Positions 1-8,846 of a stretch of 56,184 nt of DNA are shown one piece after another (position 1 is the stretch's first letter; every line of letters starts with the position of its first letter). This DNA comes from a virus. Lineage: Duplodnaviria; Caudoviricetes. A program made the position numbers and the translations under genes. A model generated the notes under the pieces. That model was given only the letters and a program-made list of their open reading frames with translations, was not told where the DNA came from and ran no database searches. The stretch is taken from the IMG/VR virus record IMGVR_UViG_3300042566_000389, positions 1 through 56,184 of that record; one strand, 5' to 3'.

Positions 1-233
1 ATAGGTTGAAGTCGCGAACTGGATGACACCGAGAAATAAACATAGTGACTAAGGGTTAACCCTATTGTTATTGTGTGTGCAATAAAGTATCATAACAACT
101 TATAATATATCAATGAAGGGTATCAATGGCAACTTGGGCGGAACTCGGTATTGACTTGCGCGGACATTCATCCGGCGAGGTTAAGACTATTTGCCCGAAG
201 TGTTCGCATACCCGCACCAAGAAATCCTATCCA
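1..233. repeat. Terminal direct repeat, left copy (circular overlap)
   Basis: Identical to 55952-56184 except position 106 T vs 56057 C; the repeat ends inside the primase gene, so it is probably an assembly overlap of a circular genome. Confidence 0.95.
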
Positions 234-1814
234 TGTTTGAACGTGAACATCGACAAGGGTCTCTTTAACTGTTGGCACTGCTCGTGGTCTGGCGGTGTCG
301 GCACCGGAGCGTACATGCAGCAAATCAAGAAGACGTATCGCAAGCCAGAGTTTCGTCCGACCGTGATGAGTGATCCCGCCCTGGCCTGGTTGGCTACACG
401 TGGCATCACCCCTGAAGTGGCGGCTCGCAATCAGCTGTCGGTTGCAACCAAGTACATGCCTCAGATCGAGGCGGAAACCAAGTGCATGGCGTTCCCTTTC
501 CTCAAGGCAGGAGAGATTGTCAACGTCAAGTACAGATCACCCGACAAGTATTTCACCCAAGAGAGTGGCGCTGAGAAGACTTGGTACAAGTATGACGACA
601 TCGATCCCAAGTGCACGATCATTACCGAGGGCGAGTTTGATGCGCTCTCGTTCGAGGTGGCCGGTCATCGGCATGCCATTTCTGTACCTGATGGTGCGCC
701 CTCCATCGAGAGCAAGTCGTTCGATAAGAAGTTCACATACATCGATGTGGAAGATCCAGCCATCGAGGCAGTTGAGAAGTTCATCCTGGCGGTGGACAAC
801 GATGCTCCCGGCAAGAAGCTCGAAGAGGAACTGGCGCGTCGTCTCGGCAAAGAGCGTTGCTACCGGGTCAAGTGGCCTGAGGGATGCAAGGATGCGAATG
901 ATGTTCTCGTCAAGCTGGGCAAAGAGGTACTCGCAGATCTTGTCCAGTATGCAGAACCGTACCCGGTCGATGGCATCTTCGAACTCGAGTCATTCGGCAA
1001 CGACCTCGACAACATCTACGAGAACGGATTACCCGCGGGGCTGACCACTGGGTGGGACAACCTCGATGATTTCTACCGCCCGATGGAAGGGCAGTGGACG
1101 TTGGTCACGGGTGTGCCAGGCATGGGCAAATCGGAATGGCTCGATGCGTTGGCGATGAACCTGACCAAAGAGCACAACTGGATGATCGGCGTGTGCTCAC
1201 CAGAGAATCAGCCCATCACATTCCATGCCGCCAAGTTGATGGAGAAGTACGCAGGTAAGCGTCTGCACAAGATGTCCAAGCCTGAGTACGACGAGGCGAA
1301 AGAATGGGTCAACCACTTCTTCAAGTTCATCCTGCCTGAAGACCGCACCCTGGATTCAGTACTGGCGAAAGCCAAGCTGTTGGTCAGGCGCTACGGAATG
1401 CAGGGAATGATCATCGATCCATACAACGAGATCCTCCATACCAACCGCAAGGATGGCGTGAGTGAGACCGAGTATGTGTCCGAGTTCTTGGCGCAGATCC
1501 GTGGCTTCGCTCGTTCGATGGGCATTCACATCTGGCTCGTTGCTCACCCAACCAAGTTGCAGAAGGGCGTGGATGGCAAGTACCCCGTGCCTACTGGCTA
1601 CGACGTGGCGGGGTCTGCTCACTTCTTCAACAAGGCCGATAATATTATTGCAGTACATCGGGACAAGTCGAACCCTGATGCGTATTCAGAAGTGCACATC
1701 CAGAAGATCCGATCGCGTTGGCTTGGTCAGCTTGGTCATGTCTGCTTGCAGTGGGACAAACACTCTGGTCGATTCACCGTACCGCCAGGTCATGGCGATG
1801 CGTTCATCCGATAG
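126..1814 (+). CDS. Twinkle/T7 gp4-like DNA primase-helicase
   Basis: N-terminal Zn-binding CPKC..CWHC, TOPRIM motifs ITEGEFDALS, DND..G and KDAND, SF4 helicase Walker A GVPGMGKS, IIDPYN, LVAHPTK. Confidence 0.93.
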   Translation: MATWAELGIDLRGHSSGEVKTICPKCSHTRTKKSYPCLNVNIDKGLFNCWHCSWSGGVGTGAYMQQIKKTYRKPEFRPTVMSDPALAWLATRGITPEVAARNQLSVATKYMPQIEAETKCMAFPFLKAGEIVNVKYRSPDKYFTQESGAEKTWYKYDDIDPKCTIITEGEFDALSFEVAGHRHAISVPDGAPSIESKSFDKKFTYIDVEDPAIEAVEKFILAVDNDAPGKKLEEELARRLGKERCYRVKWPEGCKDANDVLVKLGKEVLADLVQYAEPYPVDGIFELESFGNDLDNIYENGLPAGLTTGWDNLDDFYRPMEGQWTLVTGVPGMGKSEWLDALAMNLTKEHNWMIGVCSPENQPITFHAAKLMEKYAGKRLHKMSKPEYDEAKEWVNHFFKFILPEDRTLDSVLAKAKLLVRRYGMQGMIIDPYNEILHTNRKDGVSETEYVSEFLAQIRGFARSMGIHIWLVAHPTKLQKGVDGKYPVPTGYDVAGSAHFFNKADNIIAVHRDKSNPDAYSEVHIQKIRSRWLGQLGHVCLQWDKHSGRFTVPPGHGDAFIR

Positions 1815-1822
1815 GACACAAC

Positions 1823-2140
1823 ATGACAACAGAACTGAAAGCAGCTGCGGCTGAGCACCATAGAGACGATGCGGTAGCTGACGCTTACACCTACATCACG
1901 CAGTTCCACAACGATCCAACCACAATGGAGATACACGCGCTGCGCAATACCAACCAATCGCTTGCAGCACGAGTCATTGAGTTGCACAAGAAGATTGATG
2001 AGCTGCACCACGAGATGGATGACTTGCGCCGAGGTAAAGAACGTATGCGCAGGGAGCGTGACGAGCTGAGCCTGCTGATCATTCAGATGCGCAAGCGAAT
2101 CGCAGACATCATGCACTCGTCGTTGGATGATTTGAAATGA
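1823..2140 (+). CDS. Hypothetical coiled-coil protein
   Basis: ATG at 1823 after AGGA; heptad-rich; overlaps next gene (ATGA). Confidence 0.7.
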   Translation: MTTELKAAAAEHHRDDAVADAYTYITQFHNDPTTMEIHALRNTNQSLAARVIELHKKIDELHHEMDDLRRGKERMRRERDELSLLIIQMRKRIADIMHSSLDDLK

Positions 2141-2379
2141 CCAAAGAGAAAGTCAAGTTCACCAAGAAAGGGGTGAAGGTATACGCCGATGGTGGTTACA
2201 ACCACAACGTCGAGTTGCTGGCGCATGTTAGGGATACAGGTAACGGATTCATTGCGCGGTTCCCCAGCTACTGCAGCACGGCGCAAGACAACTACGTTTG
2301 CCTTGACTACTCCGATGCTGAGCATCTGCGCACAGCGTTGAACGCGCTGCACAAGAAGGACAACGGGTTTGACTTATAG
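2137..2379 (+). CDS. Hypothetical protein
   Basis: 80-aa ORF translationally coupled within the operon. Confidence 0.65.
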   Translation: MTKEKVKFTKKGVKVYADGGYNHNVELLAHVRDTGNGFIARFPSYCSTAQDNYVCLDYSDAEHLRTALNALHKKDNGFDL

Positions 2380-2665
2380 AAACCGGAAACTCCTCGATCT
2401 GGCACGTGATCAGGCATGCGTGATGTGTGGCGCCCAAGATGGAACGGTGGTGGCTGCTCATTCAAACCTGCAGGAACACGGCAAGGGGATGGGGCTCAAG
2501 GCGCACGATGGTATGGCGGCATGGCTGTGTCACCGCTGCCACTCGCAGCTGGATCAGGGTAAGGCGATGACAAAGCACGAGAAGAATGTGTACATGCTTC
2601 AGGCTATTTGCCGCACGTATATGCACATGTGGGATCAACAATTGATTGAGGTAGTACGCAAATGA
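2369..2665 (+). CDS. DUF1364/YbcO-like Zn-binding putative nuclease
   Basis: YRNRKLLDLAR..CVMC..TVVAAHSN..GKGMGLK.HD..CHRCH pattern; TTG start. Confidence 0.75.
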   Translation: MTYRNRKLLDLARDQACVMCGAQDGTVVAAHSNLQEHGKGMGLKAHDGMAAWLCHRCHSQLDQGKAMTKHEKNVYMLQAICRTYMHMWDQQLIEVVRK

Positions 2666-3123
2666 CAGTGATTGCATGGGACGGAAAGACACTCGCGGCT
2701 GATAAGCAAGCGACCGAGGGTGGGCTGCGGCAGGTGACAACCAAGATCATGTTGGTTGAGAAGGGCAAGTTCAAAGGACATCTGCTGGCTGGCGCTGGTT
2801 CCTCGTCCCAAGCAAACATGCTGATGGCGTGGTTCGTACAAGGCGCTGACGCTGAGTGTTTCCCCAAGTATCAGGACACCGATGATTTATCGGCTGCGCT
2901 GCTGGTCATCACGCCAAGCAGAGAGATCCTGCGCTACGACTTCAACCCCATCCCGGTTGTATTCCACGACGAGAAGTACGCCCTGGGAACTGGACGCGAG
3001 GTGGCTATCGGCGCAATGGCAATGGGCGCTACCGCAGTTGAAGCGGTTGAGATTGCATCACGGCTGTGCTCAGGCTGCGGCATGGGGATCGACAGCATCA
3101 CGATGAAGAAGGGGAAGAAGTGA
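2662..3123 (+). CDS. Ntn-hydrolase (HslV/proteasome beta-like) phage protein
   Basis: N-terminal M-T-VIAWDG..LAADKQ, GAGS and ALGTG motifs typical of Thr-nucleophile folds. Confidence 0.55.
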   Translation: MTVIAWDGKTLAADKQATEGGLRQVTTKIMLVEKGKFKGHLLAGAGSSSQANMLMAWFVQGADAECFPKYQDTDDLSAALLVITPSREILRYDFNPIPVVFHDEKYALGTGREVAIGAMAMGATAVEAVEIASRLCSGCGMGIDSITMKKGKK

Positions 3124-3455
3124 TGGACATCGAACGGATCATGCACGAGTACCGCACTCGAGTTGCGGAGTACTCCAAGGCTAGGGCTAAGCGCACCTAC
3201 GTGGAGGAATTCAAGAAGTCCAAGTTCGCCATCCTGATGAAGGAGGCAGAGCGCCAAGGTTTCAAGACGGCAGCTGCGCAGGAACGTGAGGCGTATGCGT
3301 GCCAGGAATACATCGATCTGCTGGATGGATTGCAAGCTGCAGTCGAGGCCGAGGAAAGATTGAGGTACGACATGAAGGCGTTGGAGATGCAAGCGGAAGT
3401 GTGGCGAACCCTGCGTGCGGACGAGCGCTTCGAAAGGAAATCGTATGGCGCTTAG
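3123..3455 (+). CDS. Helical protein, possibly UvsY-like recombination mediator
   Basis: Coupled start (TGATG); AQEREAYA..Y..L..WRT..A.ER pattern. Confidence 0.5.
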   Translation: MDIERIMHEYRTRVAEYSKARAKRTYVEEFKKSKFAILMKEAERQGFKTAAAQEREAYACQEYIDLLDGLQAAVEAEERLRYDMKALEMQAEVWRTLRADERFERKSYGA

Positions 3456-3810
3456 TGATCCGCGTAAACGTAACCCCCGTGCTGTGCTGAACAAGTCGGG
3501 CGGCTACTACCCGCCTTGCTTCAACAGCTCCCGTGAATACAGCCAGTGGGTATTGCTGCTCAAGGTGAGTAACGCTGGCGTGAACTTGGGTTACTGCGTT
3601 GACTGCACTCCCGACTACAAGATGGAGATGATGTGCGAGGGCAGGTGTTCGCATCCTGAAACTCAATTCATCGTGCGCCGTAACAGTCTGGAGCGTGACG
3701 AACTGGAAGTGATTGGCGTGTCCGATGAGAGTTATTACTGGACGCAGGTGTCGCAGGGTGCGGCTGTGATTGATGGTGCAAACGATGGCAAAGATAAACA
3801 GCAGAGCTAA
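3445..3810 (+). CDS. Cys-rich hypothetical protein
   Basis: AAGGA RBS; PPCF..YCVDC..GRC putative metal ligands. Confidence 0.65.
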   Translation: MALSDPRKRNPRAVLNKSGGYYPPCFNSSREYSQWVLLLKVSNAGVNLGYCVDCTPDYKMEMMCEGRCSHPETQFIVRRNSLERDELEVIGVSDESYYWTQVSQGAAVIDGANDGKDKQQS

Positions 3811-4210
3811 GGGCAAGTCTGCAGAAAGGGAACTGATCAGCGAACTGAAGCAGCTGCTCCCGGCTGAGATGACCAAAGACCTGGAGCGCAACCTGGAACA
3901 GACACGAGGTGGAGGGCACGACATCATTGGGCTGGCTGGCTGGGCACCCGAGGTCAAGCGGTATGCGCAGGTGCTGCCCGCAGATCTCGCCTCGTTCTGG
4001 GAGCAGACAACAACCCAAGCACGGAACGATCGGTCACGGCCTGCGTTGTTCTTCCGCGAGGATCGCAGGGAATGGCGAGTGGTACTGCGAGCAACCGACC
4101 TAATGGGGATTGAGTCTGAGAACAGCGACGACCTAGACAACACGGTGCAGGTGTCGCTGCCTTTCTTTACACGCTTTGCGGAGAGACTTCGCTATGTTCA
4201 AGAGTCCTGA
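3785..4210 (+). CDS. PD-(D/E)xK Holliday junction resolvase-like nuclease
   Basis: NSRAKGKSAEREL..GGHDI..EVKR motif arrangement. Confidence 0.75.
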   Translation: MAKINSRAKGKSAERELISELKQLLPAEMTKDLERNLEQTRGGGHDIIGLAGWAPEVKRYAQVLPADLASFWEQTTTQARNDRSRPALFFREDRREWRVVLRATDLMGIESENSDDLDNTVQVSLPFFTRFAERLRYVQES

Positions 4211-4676
4211 TCAAGCGTTGGCATTCGCATTTCGCATGCGTCATAGCCACGTCGTGAGCCTGCCATCTGGCACGTACCTAGCGCAGAAGACAGACCATCA
4301 ACACTCGAGCGATCGGCTGACCCAGTACGACCTGCATGCTCAGGCTGGGATGATCTTCAGCTGGCTTTCCAGACGCCCGGAAGAAGATCAGATCTACGCT
4401 TTCTATCTGCACGGAACGATCAGGGAACGTCGCGTGGCGGCTTCGCTAATCATCCGAAGGAATAAGGAGCGCTTGGCTGGGTACAAACTTTCACATGTGC
4501 AACTACGGAATGCTGTGTTGGGAAGATCGGTGCGTGATGTCTCTGATGCTTCAGGACTTTCGCAATATAAGGCGTGGAGGTTACGCCGAGATCTCGCGGA
4601 GATCTTTGAACCGATTCAAGAGCGGCTGATGACAGCGATGCAAGATGAGTTGATCTCATCAAACACCGCTGTTTAG
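4194..4676 (+). CDS. Putative late-gene regulator (Q-like antiterminator/activator)
   Basis: Last gene of the replication operon; C-terminal HTH-like segment SVRDVSDASGLSQYKAWR. Confidence 0.45.
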   Translation: MFKSPDQALAFAFRMRHSHVVSLPSGTYLAQKTDHQHSSDRLTQYDLHAQAGMIFSWLSRRPEEDQIYAFYLHGTIRERRVAASLIIRRNKERLAGYKLSHVQLRNAVLGRSVRDVSDASGLSQYKAWRLRRDLAEIFEPIQERLMTAMQDELISSNTAV

Positions 4677-4747
4677 CCTAGATGATAGAGAGTTATGATG
4701 GCTTCGCAGTCTCCCGACTGTACCCTTCATACCTCTCTCGGAGGTTT

Positions 4748-4781
4748 CACCCCAGGTCTCATAACCCTGGGGTATTTTTTT
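4748..4781 (+). terminator. Intrinsic terminator between convergent operons
   Basis: ACCCCAGG-tctcataac-CCTGGGGT followed by a T run. Confidence 0.75.
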
Positions 4782-5187
4782 ACTCAGCTTGTGCTAGCTC
4801 TGCTTGCATCTTGGCTAGCTTCTTACGTGCATGCGTCAGCTTCAATGAGAAACTGAGCGCACGCTTCCATGCTTCCGACTTCGGCTTACCCTTGAGTGCA
4901 GTCGAGATCTTCTGCCGCACCTCTGGGCTATGCGTTGAGCCGGGCTGTCTGCCACCTCGACGCTTGGGCTGAGCCTTCACCTCAGGTTTAACTTTCACCT
5001 GCAGCTCAGGCTGAGTGACGATCGCCTTTGGTGGACGACCGCGGCGCTTCTGTATCTGGTCACTCTTGATCTTGTATGTACGCTCATACAGATCAGACAT
5101 GGCAAGCAGCTGCCCCTCAAAGGTGCGATGCTCTTTGGCAGCAAGTGTTTCGATACGTGCGATCGTTTCTTTCTTCAGTGCGTGCAT
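4780..5187 (-). CDS. DNA-binding protein (Arc/RHH-like + AT-hook + NUMOD3)
   Basis: AAKEHRTFEGQL, KRRGRPPK, HSPEVRQKISTALKGKPKSE motifs; AAGGAG RBS. Confidence 0.65.
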   Translation of the reverse strand: MHALKKETIARIETLAAKEHRTFEGQLLAMSDLYERTYKIKSDQIQKRRGRPPKAIVTQPELQVKVKPEVKAQPKRRGGRQPGSTHSPEVRQKISTALKGKPKSEAWKRALSFSLKLTHARKKLAKMQAELAQAE

Positions 5188-5198
5188 GGTATTACTCC

Positions 5199-5519
5199 TT
5201 AGTTAACTGCTGGGCTGGAATCAAATGGATTCATCTTGTTGTCTAGCATGTAATGGAACAGCGCGAAGTAGCGCCGTCTATTGGTTGCTCCTCCAAGACG
5301 ACGCACTACGTGATCCGATCCTCCAAGACGACGCACTACGTGATCCGATATTTCCATGAACTTTTCGCGAGACATCATCAAGACTGTCTTGTTATTCCAA
5401 GTCAGCTTGACGTGTGTTCCGCCGTTAGCTGTTGATAAGTTCGCTCCGGCACGGAACTTGGAGAACTCAGGTAATTCGTACTCATCGATTGCTTTGACTG
5501 CGCGTTGATAGAAAATCAT
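5199..5519 (-). CDS. Hypothetical protein with internal 10-aa duplication
   Basis: AAGGAG RBS, coupled to upstream gene; SDHVVRRLGG twice. Confidence 0.65.
   Translation of the reverse strand: MIFYQRAVKAIDEYELPEFSKFRAGANLSTANGGTHVKLTWNNKTVLMMSREKFMEISDHVVRRLGGSDHVVRRLGGATNRRRYFALFHYMLDNKMNPFDSSPAVN
5289..5349. repeat. Perfect 30-bp tandem duplication
   Basis: tcctccaagacgacgcactacgtgatccga x2. Confidence 0.95.
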
Positions 5520-6607
5520 GCTGTTACTCCTTCAAGTTTGATGTCTGCAAGGGCGCAGAGTTCAGGTTCCATTTCTTCCCAGATCTCGCAGATGAGATCG
5601 GCTGCTTCACCAACATCCTCGTTCACCATCTTTGAGATACCAGCGGCATTGAAGATGCTGTTGCGTTCGTTGCCATAGATCTCATAGATGAAACGCATGG
5701 CTGACATTGGACTGTTGTCGATCCAGTCAAGCGCACCTTGGAATCCGCCCAGCTGTACTGCGTTGTAGCTGTTGCGAATCAGACGCTTGAACTGTTCCGT
5801 CGATAGCTTCGGTGCCTCGTAACTTTTGCTGCGCTTCTTACGCTGCTTGGTTTTCTTAGACACCTGAGCTGGCGCTGGCTTCGCTTGCATCTCACGATCC
5901 ATGCGATCCCATTCACGCCACGTTGACGAGCTGGCGTAGCGCGAATCCCAGAACTCTGATTGAGTCTGCGCTGGATACTTGGGCTGATAGCTGTTCGGTG
6001 TGTACGCACTTGGTGTGTACGGCTTGACCGGAGCTGGCGGCTTGCCATATCCAAACTTGTATGGTGTCCAAGCGTAGGTGTTGGAGTACCAAACATCATC
6101 GTGAACAACACCGCTGCTCTTGTTGATGATCACAGAGTCGCCATCCTGATTCATGAAGGCGAACTTGTTGCTGTACCCAATGTGATTTGCGATCAAGTCT
6201 TGGAACCCAGGGTTGAATATCAGATTGGGATTCTCTTGCAGCATGGGCTTCAAGAAGTTCTGGATGTAATGCCAGGTGTCTGACATCTTCGGATCTTCTT
6301 TGTTGCCGGTAGACAGGATGCCGTTGTGCGCCATCCAGATACCGGGCACAACCTCATACGGGTGGCAATTGGCGATGTCGATTGCGCCGTGTGTCTTCAT
6401 GCGGAAGTGGATGATCGCTTCGTTACCAGCTACCTGATCGTTGTACAGGTCTTCGATCTCCTGCATGTTGCCAATCGACTTGATGACTTCGACTGAATCG
6501 CCACGCTTGACGATAGCTCCGAAGCCATCGGGGTTCTTGCTGTAGAAGTCGAGTAGCTGCTCGTAGCTGAACGTTGTATTGGCGGGGTGGTGAATAAGAA
6601 TGCACAT
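5516..6607 (-). CDS. Class II glutamine amidotransferase
   Basis: N-terminal Cys2 (MCIL), NPDGFG, HFRMKTHG, NCHPY, HNGI, SDT motifs. Confidence 0.88.
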   Translation of the reverse strand: MCILIHHPANTTFSYEQLLDFYSKNPDGFGAIVKRGDSVEVIKSIGNMQEIEDLYNDQVAGNEAIIHFRMKTHGAIDIANCHPYEVVPGIWMAHNGILSTGNKEDPKMSDTWHYIQNFLKPMLQENPNLIFNPGFQDLIANHIGYSNKFAFMNQDGDSVIINKSSGVVHDDVWYSNTYAWTPYKFGYGKPPAPVKPYTPSAYTPNSYQPKYPAQTQSEFWDSRYASSSTWREWDRMDREMQAKPAPAQVSKKTKQRKKRSKSYEAPKLSTEQFKRLIRNSYNAVQLGGFQGALDWIDNSPMSAMRFIYEIYGNERNSIFNAAGISKMVNEDVGEAADLICEIWEEMEPELCALADIKLEGVTA

Positions 6608-6633
6608 GAAATACTCCAGTAAAGTTAAGTTGA

Positions 6634-8103
6634 TTAAGCTGCAATGCGTTGTGACTGCTCATCATCTGAGCTGTCGTTGAGAGACAAATAGCTGCGCAGA
6701 TATTTAGTATCTGCCCTGTTATCTGTGGACAAAATGAATTGCTTGAACCCAAGCGAGTTGAAGTCCCGCATGGATACGACACCTGGTGTGCAGAACTCGC
6801 AGACCGCATTGACAAACTCAAGCGCAGCCATGATTGACTCGTACCGTAGAGAGCCGCGGAAGATACGGAACTCCACTGTCTTGTCACCGCTTACGTTGAG
6901 CGCTTCGTAGCGATCGCCAGTTGCCTTGCCATGTGGCGTGAACTTCGCCATCTCTGGCTTGAACCTTGAATAGCCAGACTGATAACGACGTGCAATCTTC
7001 TTGATCAAAGACTCATTGCGAACGTCGTTGAGGAACGACTGCATCCGGTAGATCTGTGCTTGTGACAGATACTCCCGACCGACGTGGACGTGAAACCCGC
7101 AGCTGCCACCCTCGTGGGATCGCATGCCTTTCTTCACGTCCTTGTTATTCAGAAACGCTGCGAACTTCTCAGCGTGTACATCCAGGCCAGCTGGCTGAGT
7201 GATGATCTCGAAACCGCCCGATCCAATCGAACCGTCGCGTTCGAAGAAGCAGTACTCACCGACTTGACCTGACGGATTGAGTACGTCATGCACCCGGCCA
7301 GCACCGTTCGATGCGCTGCCAGTCGTGACCTGAACCTCCAGCTCGCAACCGAACGCACGACGATTGGACTTGAACCAGGTTGACTCGATCAGCTTGAAAC
7401 CCTTGCGCTTGCTACTGTGGTAGTCAGCGATCAGATTTCTGTATGGCGACCAGTCGTTGTGGTGCCAGAGCTGACGTGCTTCATTGAATGTGAAGTGAGG
7501 ATGACGACGATCGACGGTAACCGTTTCGCCATATTGATTGAATGCAGATACAACAAACTCTGGAAGTACAAAGTTGTTGTTGTATGAGCTGACGACGCGC
7601 GTGCCGTCATTCAGCAGTGTTGTTGCGCATGTCTGGCAAACGCCCTCGTTGTGACCAAACCCTTCAGCTGAACCACTCAGAAGAATCACGTCGCTAGTGA
7701 AGTGACCGCAGCTGGCGCGAGTTACACCTGCGCGGCTTGCTATACCGATGACGAACGATCCGTCACCAGCCTCTTCGAATTCAACGAGGCTCTGTTGAAA
7801 GAAAGTCGAGACGTTCCGGCTTTCTTCGATGCGCATGAACTGAAGCACCAGCTTCAAGCGACGTGCACCCAGGGGAGCGCTCTTGCTTGCGAGTGATGCA
7901 ACCGCCAGCATCTCATCGACGAAGCTGTTATCGACCGTGATCATTAGCTTCTTGATCAACAACAGCCAGCGATTGGTATGAATCCGAGCTGACGATGCGC
8001 GTGACATCGACTTGATGATGCGCTTGGTTAAGAGGTTGAGGAACGTGGTGCGTTCCAGCTTGCCTGCGATGAGGCGTGAACGTGCATAGCGATACATATC
8101 CAT
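6634..8103 (-). CDS. Putative amidoligase (COOH-NH2 ligase, Amidoligase_2-like)
   Basis: FGCELEV, ERDGSI, FEIITQP, SCGFHVHVG, RYEALN, TVEFRIFRGSL motifs. Confidence 0.85.
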   Translation of the reverse strand: MDMYRYARSRLIAGKLERTTFLNLLTKRIIKSMSRASSARIHTNRWLLLIKKLMITVDNSFVDEMLAVASLASKSAPLGARRLKLVLQFMRIEESRNVSTFFQQSLVEFEEAGDGSFVIGIASRAGVTRASCGHFTSDVILLSGSAEGFGHNEGVCQTCATTLLNDGTRVVSSYNNNFVLPEFVVSAFNQYGETVTVDRRHPHFTFNEARQLWHHNDWSPYRNLIADYHSSKRKGFKLIESTWFKSNRRAFGCELEVQVTTGSASNGAGRVHDVLNPSGQVGEYCFFERDGSIGSGGFEIITQPAGLDVHAEKFAAFLNNKDVKKGMRSHEGGSCGFHVHVGREYLSQAQIYRMQSFLNDVRNESLIKKIARRYQSGYSRFKPEMAKFTPHGKATGDRYEALNVSGDKTVEFRIFRGSLRYESIMAALEFVNAVCEFCTPGVVSMRDFNSLGFKQFILSTDNRADTKYLRSYLSLNDSSDDEQSQRIAA

Positions 8104-8137
8104 GATTGAAACTCCTAAGTGTGGGAAAGAAAGAGGA

Positions 8138-8176
8138 GGCGACTGCCGCCCCCGTAGGGATTAGGCGGTAGGCGCC
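8138..8176 (-). promoter_or_regulatory. RNA hairpin upstream of RBS (RNase III-like processing site)
   Basis: Minus strand GGCGCCTACCGCC..GGCGGCAGTCGCC, then a pyrimidine tract and AGGAG. Confidence 0.5.
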
Positions 8177-8499
8177 GGTGTTAATTTGGTATCGGGAAGT
8201 GGGAGGATGCGAGCTTTGCCAACTGATCCCGATCTAGCGGACTTCTTAAAAGCATCGAGCAACGTGAAGTTCATCTGCGCAGATATGTTTGCCCAGAAGT
8301 TTTCAAAGTCTTCATTGTCATCTCGGCAGAAGACTGCATCTCCTCCTCTGTTGTAAATGTCGTTGAATACTTCGTCGTCATCATCGATGTCGTAGCTGTA
8401 CCCGTTGTCATTCAGCAGGTCACGCAGCAAAGCGCCATCTGCTGTGAACGGTTCGTCAAATGCACGTTCGATTCTTTGCAATACATTTGAGTCACTCAT
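8161..8499 (-). CDS. Acidic hypothetical protein
   Basis: GAGGAG RBS; DIDDDDE-rich. Confidence 0.7.
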   Translation of the reverse strand: MSDSNVLQRIERAFDEPFTADGALLRDLLNDNGYSYDIDDDDEVFNDIYNRGGDAVFCRDDNEDFENFWANISAQMNFTLLDAFKKSARSGSVGKARILPLPDTKLTPAPTA

Positions 8500-8831
8500 T
8501 TGTTTAACTCCTCAAGAACCTGGTCAGTCTTCTTGTCGAGCGTCTTGCCCCACTCGAGAATCTCTTTGACTGTTTTCTCAGGCATGTTGTAGGCATCAGC
8601 CATCGTGCTCAGACCCAGGTCAGTCATCTGTGCCAGCTGCCCGAGCACACCGTGTATCGCTGCATCAGGTGCTTCACGGTTAGCGATGATTGAGATGAGA
8701 CGACCGAGGTGAAAGGACATATGCACGAACGAAACAGCCCGTGCGTACGGCTCTCCTTGGATAGCCTTGATACTGTCTATCGTTTCCTGGATAGATGTTT
8801 GCAAATCAGAAATAAGTTTGTCTTTACTCAT
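8496..8831 (-). CDS. Hypothetical helical protein
   Basis: GGAG RBS before MSKDKL. Confidence 0.7.
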   Translation of the reverse strand: MSKDKLISDLQTSIQETIDSIKAIQGEPYARAVSFVHMSFHLGRLISIIANREAPDAAIHGVLGQLAQMTDLGLSTMADAYNMPEKTVKEILEWGKTLDKKTDQVLEELNK

Positions 8832-8846
8832 GTTGAACTCCAAAGA

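Noticed and set aside
2176-2200. VYADGG in the 2137 ORF and WADGG in Gly-rich fibre 2 as further ADGG tags
   Set aside because: Non-virion or polyglycine context and lacking the downstream x[VI] position; likely chance
8101-8145. GATTGAAAC and GTCGC resembling type I-C repeat ends (Racr-like)
   Set aside because: The two pieces are on opposite strands with no repeat hairpin; GTTTCAATC is simply the RBS-ATG spacer
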